Both the position numbers and the translations under genes were made by a program. DNA of 64,000 nucleotides from Centroscyllium fabricii (taxonomy: Eukaryota): NCBI GenBank assembly GCA_051313645.2, contig JBNRSN020000001.1, forward strand, positions 397,048,001 to 397,112,000, in the 5' to 3' direction. Below are positions 1-11,587 of the stretch, in pieces. The first letter of the stretch is position 1. Every line of letters starts with the position of its first letter. The notes beneath the pieces are model-generated. The model searched no databases. It was not told the DNA's origin and was given only the letters and a program-made list of their open reading frames with translations.

Positions 1-535
1 CGAACTGATTTTATCCCTCAGAATTTTTTCCATTACTTTCCCCACTACAGATGTAAGACTGATTGGCCTGTAGTTGCCCGGTTTGTCCCTACTACCCTTT
101 TTAAACAAGGGTACTACATTAGCCGTTCTCCAGTCCTCAGGCACATCCCCTGACGCGAGAGAGGTCCTGAAGATTTGGGACAGGGGGCCCGCAAGCTCCT
201 CCCTGGCCTCGAACAGCAGCCTGGGGAACATTGCGTCCGGCCCTGGTGATTTGTCCACCTTTAAGCCTCCCAAGATTTCTAGAACTTCTTCCCTTGTAAT
301 GGTAATATCCTCAATTACCCCCCCTACATTCTGTCCGATTTCGATGTCGGTATCGTCCCTCTCTCTTGTGAATACTGAAGAGAAGAATTCATTTAGTACC
401 TCCCCCACCTCCTCAGGCTCGACGCACAGCTTTCCGCTATCGTCTTTAATGGGCCCCACCCTTTCCCTCGTGATCCTTTTGTTTTTTATATAACTATAAA
501 ATGCCTTAGGGTTATCCTTGATTTTACCGGCCATT
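1..535 (-). mobile_element. CR1-clade LINE ORF2 (reverse transcriptase) fragment, running off the window edge
   Basis: Minus strand of 1-125 reads ANVVPLFKKGSRDKPGNYRPISLTSVVGKVMEKILRDKI, the CR1 pre-RT motif. The listed + ORF 74-493 is its antisense. Confidence 0.9.
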
Positions 536-1351
536 GTAATCTCATGACCTCTCTGGCTACCCTGGCTACCATCATGTGGTAGCCAGGGTGTACAGCGTCA
601 AGTGAAGTAAATCTGGCCATGGTGATGCCATCGCTGGTATCCAGGCAGCAGTGTTGTTGGGTGCTGATGCCCTGTGTCCTCTGCAGCATCAGGTGATTGC
701 AGAGAAGGTTGGTGTTGTTGTTGGTGTGCCTGGTGATGTTGGTGTTGGAACTGATCATGGAGTGAATCAGATCACCAAGGTGAGATTTTTTTCAAGGGCA
801 CTGATTTTGCTGGAATAGATGGCAGCTGAAGTTGCAATGAGAGAAGCGATCTGTCAATGGTGAGAGAGCTTGATCCAAGGAGGTGACATTGGATAGAGAA
901 TTTACTCCAAACACTTCCAAACTGCATACAGCTCAAAAGCATCTTCCAAGTCCTGAAGACTCAAGCTTCTGCCATTGGAAAGTGACCAGCTGTGAAATGG
1001 TAGCTTTCACACCACTTTTGCAGCTGTCACCTATTCACAGCAATGGGGAGACATAAAGAACCCGACCGACTTACCTGATGTGATCTCCGAATGACATGAA
1101 CCCCATTAAAAAAGTGGTAAAATAGAAATAGGCTGGCAAAATAGTTAACAAGCACTTAACACACATTTAACAATCTTAAATGCTTCCCCTACTGTTTGGT
1201 GTCAGGTCGGTTCTGAAATCACAGACACGACACTTTGGAAACTTACATGGAGGTGGGTTCGGAGCGGGTTCCCAACCTGCTGTCAATCATTTCGATTTGA
1301 TAGCGGACCGGCCTCCAAACCCGCACTTTGAGCACCAGCAAAATTCAGCCC
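536..1351 (-). mobile_element. Decayed non-autonomous PIF/Harbinger deletion derivative (one end)
   Basis: Ends in a Harbinger-like terminus (caaaattcagccc, about 1339-1351). It is homologous in inverted orientation to ~41040-41700; ORFs 486-758(-) and 41310-41657(+) share the peptide NNNTNLL.N.LML.RTQGIST. Confidence 0.65.
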
Positions 1352-2111
1352 ACTGTGTGCAATGTTACAGAAGATTCACTAGTTTACATAAAAATGAGTC
1401 TGATGCAGCTTTTTTATTCCATTTGTTTCTTCATATACACACACACACTGCAATGATGTTAACTGTATTGAAATGCATCATTGTATCACTGAGAGTGTTG
1501 TTACTGTGACAAAAAATGAATAAAAGATTTATCCAGCAGTTTTTTTTGTATGAAGACAGCAGTGCTTTAAAAGCTTAGACACAAAAAATATTTTTATAGT
1601 TCTTCTTCCCTCAAGTCTTAATTGTTTTCACAAGTTTTTTTGGTAACAGGACATGATCTGAGGTTATTGTTAAATACAAATGTAAAGGCCCTGTCACACC
1701 TTGACGTTTTAGCCAGCCTATGCAAATGAGGCTAAAACGCTGAACTTTCGACACTTTGTTCAATTTTTGTTGTATAGTAGCGTATTGGACATATACATAA
1801 CGTATGCGTAACGTATTAGTAACGTACATGGAACGTATCGCGATCTTCATTGAAAATTGTACCAACGTGTTCTTAGCGTATTGGACGTATGCATAACGTA
1901 TGCCTAACGATAGTCTGACGTACTGGACGTATGCATAACGTATGCATAGCAGGCGCCAGCATATCGCAGACGATCAGGTGGGGTAGCCTACTCAAAGGCT
2001 ATCATTGGACGATTCAAATCATACCACTAGACTTTATAGTGCAGCTCCACACTCATTCCAGTTCTACATGAAAATCTGCTTTGAGAAGTCTGTTCTGACA
2101 AGTCTGTACAA

Positions 2112-3474
2112 ATGCCTAGGAAAAGTTCCAGGAATGCTGCCAGGAAGTTTCGTGGCCGTGGGCGTGGATGCATGGAGGATCCAGCACCCACACCCTTCCC
2201 ATCACGCTCACCCTCTGACGGAGAGGATGCTGCTTCCAACGCCTCTCGGGCATCGTCTGTGGCTGCGTCCGTGGCCTCCACATCCTCTCAGCCAACCGTT
2301 GCGAAGAAGAGGGCCAAGAAGACACAGTATTGTCTTGCTGTTGAGGAGGAGCGGCAGATGTTGGATTTCCTCTCAGATAACGCCATCCTCTGGGACATTA
2401 AAAAGACGGACTATCGGAGGGTGGACAAGAAGGCAAAGCTCTGGGAGGATCAGGCAAAGGACATGGGGAAGACTGTGGATCACCTTCAAGGGTGGTTCAA
2501 GTCCCTGCGAGACACCCACACCCGTCTCCACAAGAAGAAAAGCGGTGATGGCGCCCAGGAACTGACAGAGAGGGAGCAGTGGGTGAAGGCAAAGTTCGGC
2601 TTCCTCACGACTGTGGTCCGCCATCGTCCTGAGCCCATCCACAGTGTAAGTATAAACACATATTAATATCCATAATAATATTTATTTATATTACTTTTAC
2701 TGTACTTTGCCTCGTATTTTTGCTTTGTATTTTACTAATCATTTGTCATAATTGCAGGTAAAGGAAACCATTGCAGCACACAGCGGGGACCTCGAGGCTG
2801 GCGAGGCTGCCTGTGCAGATATGGTGTTGGACAGCACACCCTCCCCTGTCCCCAGGGGGAAGCGTGCACTGGAGGATGAGCAGCTGCACTCAAGGGTGCA
2901 GGAGACTGGGGAGATCCTCAGAAATCTGACGCAGCCTCAGCCCATCACAATCACCTCAGCCTTCGCCAACTACGTGCGTGACACCCTGGTCAGCATGCCC
3001 ACAGACCAATTCCAGGAGGCAAGGTTGCGCATCAGCAACATCTTCCATGAGATGCTGGTGGAGACCCCCATCTCCGTGCGATCAGCTTCAGCACCAGCTA
3101 CCTACACCCCCACGGCGTCGCGGATGTTCCAGCAAGATACCCACAGGTGCAGACACACGGCACCAGCTGCGTCAGTCTGTGGACCGTACATGCAACAGCC
3201 GCAGTACCAGCAGATGATGCCACAGTACAATATGATGCCTCCTGCCCCTCAGCATGTGTTCCAGTATCCTCCTCCTCCTCTGATGACGCAGCAGCCAAGC
3301 CCCGCCTCTTCATCTGCTGCTATAGGGTCGGCTGACCAGGTACAGAGCAAGAGCCAAAGCACCTTTGACAGTACTGAGGTGTTTAATATGTCAGGATTCA
3401 GCTTTTCCAGCGGTCCTAATGCTACAAGCAGCCCGTCTAAGGAGCTGAACACACTTCCACCATCAGAGGACTGA
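2112..3474 (+). CDS. Two-exon MADF (Myb/SANT-like) DNA-binding protein with C-terminal BESS-like motif, 416 aa; join(2112..2645,2758..3474)
   Basis: Exon 1 has a MADF pattern (MLDFLSDNAILWDIKKTDY...LWEDQAKDMGKTVDHLQGWFKSLRDTHTRL) and a basic NLS-like KKRAKK. The phase-0 intron 2646-2757 has GTAAGT, a branch-like tactaat and ttgcag. Exon 2 is in frame and contains SAFANYVRDTLVSMPTDQFQEARLRISNIFHEM (BESS-like) plus a P/Q-rich tail. AATAAA signals follow. Confidence 0.85.
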
Positions 3475-3482
3475 AAGGTGAT

Positions 3483-3892
3483 ATTGTTTTTGACATGTTT
3501 GTGCAATTTTGTATATAGTTTTGATTTTTCGATTGTTTTTGCCATGTTTGTGCAATTTTGTATATAGGTTTGATGTTTCAGAGAAGTTGAGATTGTTTTT
3601 GCCATGTTTGTGCCATTTTGTCTGTACGTTTTTAGACCATTGTTATCATGTTAAATTATTTAATAAAAGTTGAGCAAACTCTTGATGTTTGTTCCTGTTA
3701 TGTTAAGTTATTTAATAAAAGTTGAGCAAACTCTTGATGTTTGTTCCTGTTATCATGTTAAGTTATTTAATAAAAGTTGAGCAAACTCTTGATGTTTGTT
3801 CCTGTTATCATGTTAAGTTATTTAATAAAAGTTGATTCCTGTTATCATGTTAAGTTATTTAATAAAAGTTGAGCAAACTCTTGATGTTTGTA
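3483..3892 (+). repeat. Tandem repeats in the MADF gene 3' UTR: three ~50-60 bp T/G-rich units, then ~5 units of 37-55 bp each with AATAAA
   Basis: AATAAA at 3662, 3714, 3769, 3824 and 3861 within the unit gttatcatgttaagttatttaataaaagttgagcaaactcttgatgtttgttcct. Confidence 0.9.
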
Positions 3893-4010
3893 TTGTTTTA
3901 ATATTTAAATCATAAACAATAATTAACAATAATAAATTCATACACTTTGGAAAAGGTACAATAATATAATGGGGAGAGAGAGAGAGAGGGTGAATGAGTG
4001 GGGAGAGACC

Positions 4011-4044
<34 letters not shown>

Positions 4045-5696
4045 GTGGGGAGAAAAGGCTTTTTAAGATGTTCCTCAGGAGCTGTAAGTTAGAAACACGG
4101 TCAGTAAGTTCTGTGGTCGTCCGGAAGACGTCAAATACGTTGGAGTTACGTTACACATAAGTTCAACGCACGTTACGCATAGGTTAGACATAAGTTCCTG
4201 GAACGCTAGTCATTATCTCGACGTCTTTTGACGTATGACTAACGTGTGCCACCGATCGCCTAACGTGCCTGCAACGTATGGCCAGCGTATGTGGAACGCA
4301 TAAATTGCAACATTGATACGTCGTGATTTTTTGTGCATGCACAAAAAATCACAACTTATACGACGTATACAACTTATGGCCAGCGTATGCCAAAGTGCTC
4401 TTAACGTATGCATAACGTACCCATCACGTATCCGACGTAAACCGGCATATCAGCCAAATTTGCATACGCTGGCTAAAACGTCAAGGTGTGACAGGGCCTT
4501 AACACTGCTGTTACTTCAGGGGTTGTGGACTGGATATTCAGGACACACACGCTCCTTCGGTCTTGTTGCTTGCCACTTTAGTTTGAAGATGTTTAACCTT
4601 TTACCGCCATAAATGTTTACAGTCGTGCAGCAGAAGTGTGTCAGAGACCTCGGCAATGTTTTCAAAATGTCCTCAAGGGATGCAAATTGCTTAAGTCAAC
4701 ACCCACACATGTGCATATCTCTCCACTCTAGCCTCCCCTCCTCCCTGACCACCAGCTTTGACAAAAGTTATGGCGGTGTATCAACCAGCGCATAGGACCA
4801 GTGTTGTGTTCAATATTTTTCAAATGGATAATTTAGGCCTTTTTTTTGGTCTCCAGAAAGAAAATGGTCCCGTTTAAAAACAGCAGAGGAGAATAATGTA
4901 AACCACCCAAGGACTTGTTCCAGGAGTTGTAAACAGATGATAAATAAATTAAAGATCAGCATTTTCGCTGCGGTGATTTGATTTATGTTGCTGCATGTCA
5001 AAACCAAGACTCTGGTCAATAATGGCCTGATAGAATGTGCACAGCTAAGGAGGCAGAGGATTTTTAACTGGGAGAGCTGATTCATCATTAAGCTAGCTCA
5101 GTGAAAATGTTTCTGGGCAGCCGAATGGAGATCAATTAACTGCTAAGTCCATGGGAAAAAAATTAGCAACCTGCTGCACTCCATTTGCCGAGAGGTCAAG
5201 CACTAAGAGAGAGATAATTGCTGCGAGCAAGCAGAATGAATCGGGGATGAGCAGAAAGTGATGATGTATGTTCAGTGACAAGATACGTGACAGAGATTTA
5301 CGCCTGGGCCTATGACTGCTCGACTCGGCAAGGACACAAGGACAAGGGAAGGAGACCTGTGAAAAACAATTAGTGCTTCCACCGAGCGAGCAGTTCGTAA
5401 TTAGCCATGGCGTGTCAGCAACAGACAATTAGTGTTCTCAATTTTTAAAAAATATTTGGCCATCAATTATAATGCAGCAGTGAAAATATTTGACAGGAAG
5501 TGCCTATTTCGCAATCGCTACTCGTGCAGCAGACAGAAACGAAATACAGCAGTTTAAAAATGTTAGAAGATGGCAGATTCGGTAATCCTTTGTTGTATTG
5601 TCACTGAGGATAGTAATTCATCTCTTAATTGATATAAAGAGTAGAGAATTCACACCTAACTCGATCTGCAATTTTAAGAGATGTGGATCATTGATA

Positions 5697-6751
5697 CAGG
5701 TTGAGCACCGTTAATCCGGCACGCTCAGGACCAGGCTGGTGCCGGACCACTGAAAGTTCACTGAAGGTTCGGGGGGAGCGCGCGGTAGAACACTCCCTGG
5801 GGCCCGGAGTGCACGGTAGAACACTCCCCGGGGCCCATAGTGCACGGAAGAACACTCCCCAGGGCCCGGAGCGCGCGGGTAGAACACTCCCCAGGGCCCG
5901 GAGCGTGCGGTAGAACACTCCCCAGGGCCCAGAGTGTGCGGTAGAACACTCCCCGGGGCCTGGAGCGCACAGTAGAACACTCCCCGGGGCCCGGAACATG
6001 CAGGTAGAACATTCCCCGGGGCCCGGAGCGCGTGGTAGAACACTGCCCGGGGCCCGGAGCGCGCGGTAGAACACTGCCCGGGGCCCGGAGCGCGCGGTAG
6101 AACACTCCCCGGAGCCCGGAGCGCGCGGTAGAACACTCCCCGGAGCGCGCGGGTAGAACACTCCCCAGGGCCCAGAGCGCGCGGTAGAACACTGCCCGGG
6201 GCCCGGAGCGCGCGGGTAGAACACTCCCCAGGGCCCAGAGCACGCAGGTAGAACACTCCCCGGGGCCCAGAGCGCACAGTAGAACACTCCCCGGGGCCCG
6301 GAACATGCAGGTAGAACACTCCCCGGGGCCCGGAGCGCACAGTAGAACACTCCCCGGGGCCCGGAACATGCAGGTAGAACACTCCCCGGGGCCCGGAGCG
6401 CACAGTAGAACACTCCCCGGGGCCTGTAAAATGCAGGTAGAACACTCCCCGGGGCCCAGAGCGCACAGTAGAACACTCCCCGGGGCCCGGAACGTGCGGT
6501 AGAACACACCCCGGGTCCCGGAGCGCACGGGTAGAACACTCCCCAGGAGGGAGCCCGGGGATAGAACACTTACAAAACCTAAAAAAACAGAAACCCAAAC
6601 GCCCGACGCCTTCGGCGCTTGCTCGCCCTTCCCGGGAAACGGTGGCGCCGCTGAGCGGCTGCTCCGCAAAATGAAGAGTGCCGGTTTCCCATTGTGCCGG
6701 ACCACTGAAGGTGCCGGACCATCGGGTGCCGGATTATCGGTGCTCAACCTG
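5697..6751. mobile_element. pogo/Tigger-like MITE with expanded internal minisatellite
   Basis: 26-bp TIRs caggttgagcaccgWtaatccggcac; TA TSD at 5695-5696 and 6752-6753. Same family as 36878-37194. Confidence 0.9.
5779..6570. repeat. GC-rich minisatellite, ~25 units of 31-32 bp
   Basis: Unit gtagaacactccccggggcccggagcgcgcg. It explains the repetitive overlapping ORFs at 5688-6747. Confidence 0.95.
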
Positions 6752-8217
6752 TATTAATAGCCTCAACAACAATGCCACTTAATGCAGGGATACACAACCA
6801 TGACTTGGGGTTGCAGGGGGGCGGAGCTGGCTACCAAGAGTTAAGGAATAGCCTGTCTAAGGTCCACAGCCACTCCACATTCCAACATCACTTGTCATGA
6901 TGCTATCTTTAAACGTATTGCTTAAACACGGCTCTTCATCCAACTCAGTAGGTGAAACAAAGGATTCATTTGTGGTGTTTCCTTATGATTAAGACACTGT
7001 CAGGTTAGTGTATCAAAATAAATGGGCAACGTGAAATTAAGTCTGTGTTCAACTCCCTTATTACCTTTGAAGGTCTGGAAAAAAACTATACTGAAGGTGC
7101 AAAATAGGACCCCAATACACCATTGTGGGCACCTCTGAACTTCAATACTAATGGGGGTAAAATGCCTCTCGATAATTTTAGTAAAGGCTGAGTGCAAACC
7201 AGGAAATCCCATTTTGCTACAAACATTATTGACGAGAGAAATTATTGATGGGAGAAATTTCATCCCCCGAATGTTGCCGTGTAGTAAGATGGGAGAATTA
7301 GTCTCTTAATTGGTTGATGGTCCCAGGACGGTGACATTTTGTGACTTCATGTAAAACTAGCTGCTAAACAATGCAACTAGATTAGTCACAACAGATATGC
7401 TTGTGTACAGGGAGCGACCTGAAGCGCATGACATGCTTTAACCTCAAAGAAACAATGTGGTGGGTCCCTGTAAACTCAATCTCAGACAACAGAACTCCTC
7501 ATCATGAATCTTTTTATTTTGTGTGCTCCAATCATGGTTTCCATCATTATCTTTAACACTGGCTGCTGCTTACACGTCCGATGACTGCTGTCCTTTAATT
7601 ATACCGTGTAGAACAAAAAGATGAAGCAGAAAGCAAAAATCGAGGAGAGAAAGGATTAAAAAATAATAATGAATGTCTCCGGTTCAATGAAGTGCCAGGC
7701 TGAGACTCTGGTGAGATATTAACTCATCCCTCAGAGCAAGTGTCCGAGTCCCACTCAAGTCTCATTTTCTCAAAGCTGGGGAGGAAGTGATTGAATGCTT
7801 TTTAATTGCAGTGCCCTACTGACCTAGCTCTGCCTTATTTCCTGACTGGATGTGTAGTTTGTGTGTAAGTTTATGTGTGTGTATGCATGTTCAACCCAAT
7901 CTCATTTTTACTACTTCCGCTTATTTTCCCTACACTTGAGAACACGATAGGGGACATTTTCCTGGGGCTGTGCCCAGGTGATCCAGTGCACCTGGGCACA
8001 GCAAATACCAGATAGGTCAGAGCCCATGCCCTCACAGTGTCAGCTGTGGCTCAGTTGGCAGCACCCTCGCCTCTGAGTCAGAAGGTTGTGCGTTCAAGTC
8101 CCACTCCAGAAACTTGAGTCTAGGCTGATGCTCCAGTGCAGTGCTGAAGGAGTGCTGCACTGTTGGAGGTAAACTCAGGTGAACATAAAAGATTCCATGG
8201 CACTATTTCGAAGACAA

Positions 8218-8580
8218 GGGCGGCACGGTGCCATAGTGGTTAGCACTGTTGCCTTACAGCACTTGAGCCCCGGGTACTATCTGTGTGGAGTTTGCACATT
8301 CTCCCCGTGTCTGCGTGGGTTTTCTCCGGGTGCTCCGGTTTCCTCCCAAAGACCAAAGATGTGCGGGTTAGGTTGATTGGCCATGATAAAATTTACCCTT
8401 AGTGTTAGGGGGATTGAATATGTGGGGTTACGAGGATAGGGTGGGATATGTGGGGTTACGGGGATAGGATGGGTTATGTGGGGTTACGGGGATAGGGTGG
8501 GTTATGTGTCGGTGCAGGTTCGATGGGCCGAAATGGCCTCTATCTGCACTGTAGGGATTCTATGATTTTATGATTCTATG
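8218..8580 (+). mobile_element. HE1-like V-SINE (elasmobranch)
   Basis: Head gggcggcacggtg...tagtggttagcactg; V-domain ctgtgtggagtttgcacattctccccgtg; (gattctat)n tail; apparent TSD (g)acaag. Confidence 0.88.
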
Positions 8581-8772
8581 ACAAGCAGGGGGAGTTATCC
8601 CCAGTGTCCTGGCCAATATTTATCCCTCAGCCAACATAACTAAAAACAGATCATCACATTGCTGTTTGTGGGTACTTGCTGAGCGCAAATTGGCTGCCAC
8701 GTTTCCCACATCACAACAGTGACCACACTTCAAAAAAGTACGTCTGCAAAGCCGTTTGGGACGACCGGTGGT

Positions 8773-9103
8773 CATAGAATCATAGAATCCCTACAGTGCA
8801 GATAGAGGCCATTTCGGCCCATCGAGCCTGCACCGACACATATCCCACCAACCCCACATATTTAATCCCACCAACCCCACATATTTAATCCCCCTAACAC
8901 TAAGGGTCAATTTTATCACGGCCAATCAACCTAACCCGCACATCTTTGGACTGTGGGAGGAAACCGGAGCACCCGGAGGAAACCCACGCAGACACGGGGA
9001 GAATGTGCAAACTCCACACAGACAGTCACCCGAGGCCGGAGTTGAACCCGGACCCCTGGCGCTGTGAGGCAACAGTGCTAACCACTATGCCACCGTGCCG
9101 CCC
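8773..9103 (-). mobile_element. HE1-like V-SINE, full length
   Basis: Reverse complement of the family at 8218-8580, with intact A/B boxes and an atagaatc tail. Confidence 0.9.
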
Positions 9104-9139
9104 CTAATAATGAAAGGCGCTTTCAAAGGAAGATCTCTG

Positions 9140-10239
9140 GGGGCTAAATTTGTCAGTGCACGATTTCTGGTGCTAAAATGGGCGCAGCACTAAAATTAGC
9201 ACCGGCGCTAAATTAGCGCCGAAGCACCCGATATTGGTGTTAGCGCCGGCCTTGCAGATTTCGGCACTAATTCAGGTGTTGCACGACTTCCGGGTGGCCA
9301 ATTTTTTGCCGCTAATTGCCGTCCCCGGGCACAGCGCTCCCTAACCAACTGCTTGCTTCCCCAGGACCTCTGGAGCCGAATAGGTCTTAAAGGGGTAGGG
9401 GAAGCAGAGCAGCATGTTTTGGTCCTCCCTGCCGCATCATCTCCCCGATCTCGGGCCGCCTGACCCCCCTCGCCGCTCCCTCATCGTCTCCCCGATCTCG
9501 GGCCGCCCGACCCCCCTCCCCGCTCCCTCATCAACAGCTCGATCTCGGGCCGCCTGACCCCCCTCCCCGCTCTCTCATCAACTGCTCGATCTCGGGCCGC
9601 CCAACCCCCCTCCCCGCTCACTCATCAACTGGCCGATCTGGGGCCGCCCGACCCCCTCCTGGGTCCCTTAGCAACTGCTCAATCTCGGGCTGAGGAAGGA
9701 GTGTCGCCCTTTTAGCAGCGCTGCAGCGGCCACTCAAAGCCGCAGCAGCGCTTGCCAAAGCTGGCGCTGGCAGCGCAGGGCGAGGTGGTGTGGTAATCGT
9801 GTAATATACCACTGTAAATAGTTGCTGGTTCGCCTGTACTGTATTGTAGGCCAGGTCAGCCACACCCCTAACTCCTCCCCTCAGGTCGGAGCATACAGGT
9901 GAGTGCTGGCCTGCCCCCGCTCATCAGGAGACCAGCTCCATTCTTAGTTAATAAAAGCCTGTAGTTTAGGTAACTACTCGTCTTTGTGTATTAATTGACG
10001 AGACGTCAGGTGGACCGGCACAAAAGCTAATTTCAGGCGAATCCCGGCGGGCAGGCGTTGCACACGCATTTTAACGAGGATTGCTGATCGCTAATTAGCA
10101 CGCGCTAACATTTAGCACCGGCGCTGGGCGGGTGGCGAATTTAGCGATTGCCGCTATTTTTGACGCTAATTCGGCGCCGGACCATTAGCGCCCATTTTTG
10201 GCGCTACTGGGCCAGCGCTATGTGTTTAAATTTAAGACC
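9140..10239. mobile_element. Non-autonomous Harbinger-like element with internal 47-bp tandem repeat
   Basis: Imperfect termini (ggggctaaattt / aaatttaagacc), inverted subterminal blocks (aaaatgggcgc / gcgcccatttt) and many ttagcgcc/gcgctaa motifs. A 47-bp unit repeats ~5.5 times at 9430-9690. Confidence 0.6.
9789..10008 (+). mobile_element. Solo LTR, 220 bp
   Basis: TG...CA ends; 5-bp TSD GGTGG at 9784-9788 and 10009-10013; AATAAA at 9950. Confidence 0.82.
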
Positions 10240-10489
10240 TTGTTGGTATTAGTTGTCCAATAGTAATAAGTTACCTTAAAGAGGTGTCGCTGCCCTGTAA
10301 AATCACAGGAAAGCAATTGTCAGACACACACATAATTAAATCATGCACAATCAGATTACATCATTACTTTGCAGAAAGAAAGAAAGACTTGCATTTATAT
10401 AGTGCCTTTCACAACCTCACAATGTTCCAAAGAGCTTTATAGCCATTGAAGTACTTTTGAAGTGTAGCCACTGTTGTAATGTAGGAAAG

Positions 10490-11374
10490 GTCTGATATAC
10501 CGTTCTGGATGGGCAAATATTTTCTCCAACTAAATATTGGGAAGACCGACGCCAGTGTTTTCGGTCCCCGCCACAAACTCCGTTCCCTAGCCACAGACTC
10601 CATCCCTCTTCCTAGCATCTGTCTGAGGCTGAACCACACTGTTCACAACCTTGGTGTCATATTTGACCCTGAAATGAGCTTCTGACCACATATCCGTGAC
10701 ATAACTAAGATCGCCTATTTCCACCTCTGTAACATCGCCCGTCTCCGTCCTTGCCTCCGCTCTTCCACTGCTGAAACCCTCATCCGTGCCTTTGTTACCT
10801 CTAGACTTGACTATTCCAACGCACTCCTGGCTGACCTCACACATTCTACCCTACATGAACTTGAGGTCATCCAAAACTCAGCTGCCCATGTCCTAACTCA
10901 CACCAAGTATCGTTCGTCCATCTCCCCTGTGCTCGCTGGCCTACATTGGCTCCTGGTTAAGCAGTGACTTGACTTCAAAATTCTCATCCTTATTTTCAAA
11001 TCCCTCAATGGCCTCGCCCATCCCTATCTCTGTAATCTCATTTAGCCCCACAACCCCACAAGATATCTGCGCTCCTCTAATTCTGCCCTCTTGAGCATCC
11101 CTGATTATAATTGTTCAACCTTTGGTGGCCGTGCCTTCTGTTGCCTGGGCCCTAAGCTCTGGAACTTCCTGCCTAAACCTCTCTGCCTCGCTACCTCTCT
11201 TTCCTCCTTTAAGACGCTCCTTAAAACCTACCTCTTTGACCAAGCTTTTGGTCATCTGCCCTAATTTATCATTATGTGGCTCGGTGTTAAATTTTTTGTC
11301 TTATAACACTCCTGTGCAGCACCTTGGGCTGTTTTACTACATTAAAGGCGCTATATAAATACAAGTTGTTGTTG
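10490..11374 (+). mobile_element. L2-clade LINE 3' fragment
   Basis: Decayed RT C-terminus (FLQLNIGKT, AETLIRAFVTSRLDYSNALLA, LHWL) and tail ggcgctatataaatacaagttgttgttg. Confidence 0.88.
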
Positions 11375-11587
11375 AATTGTGGCAACCAGTTTGCGCACAG
11401 CAAGCTCTCACAAACAGAAATTAAATAAATGATTCGATCATCTGTTTTAGGTGTTCATTGAGAGAAATATTAGCCAGGACACCGGGGAGAGTTCCTCTGC
11501 CCTTCTTCGAATAGTGCTTTGCCATCTTTTACATCCATCTTGACTGGGCGGACGGGGCCTTGTTTTAATGTCACATTTGAAGGACGG

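Larger units (their letters stand above)
1686..4499 (+). mobile_element. Young non-autonomous PIF/Harbinger-type DNA transposon carrying only a MADF gene
   Basis: 42-bp TIRs at 1686-1727 and 4458-4499 (aggccctgtcacaccttgacgttttagccagcStatgcaaat, one mismatch). TAA TSD at 1683-1685 and 4500-4502. CpG-rich subterminal ACGTA repeats. No transposase ORF. Confidence 0.93.
8037..9122 (+). mobile_element. tRNA-derived SacSINE1/Deu-like SINE interrupted by two HE1-like SINEs
   Basis: Pol III head: A box tggctcagttgg, B box gttcaagtcc. The body resumes at ~8581-8772 and the tail tgaaaggcgc at ~9111. Same family as 30013-30405. Confidence 0.75.

Noticed and set aside
5688-6747. Long ORFs (293-329 aa) in three frames and a CRISPR-like periodic look
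   Set aside because: These are products of a stop-free GC-rich minisatellite. There are no unique spacers and no cas genes, and the context is eukaryotic.
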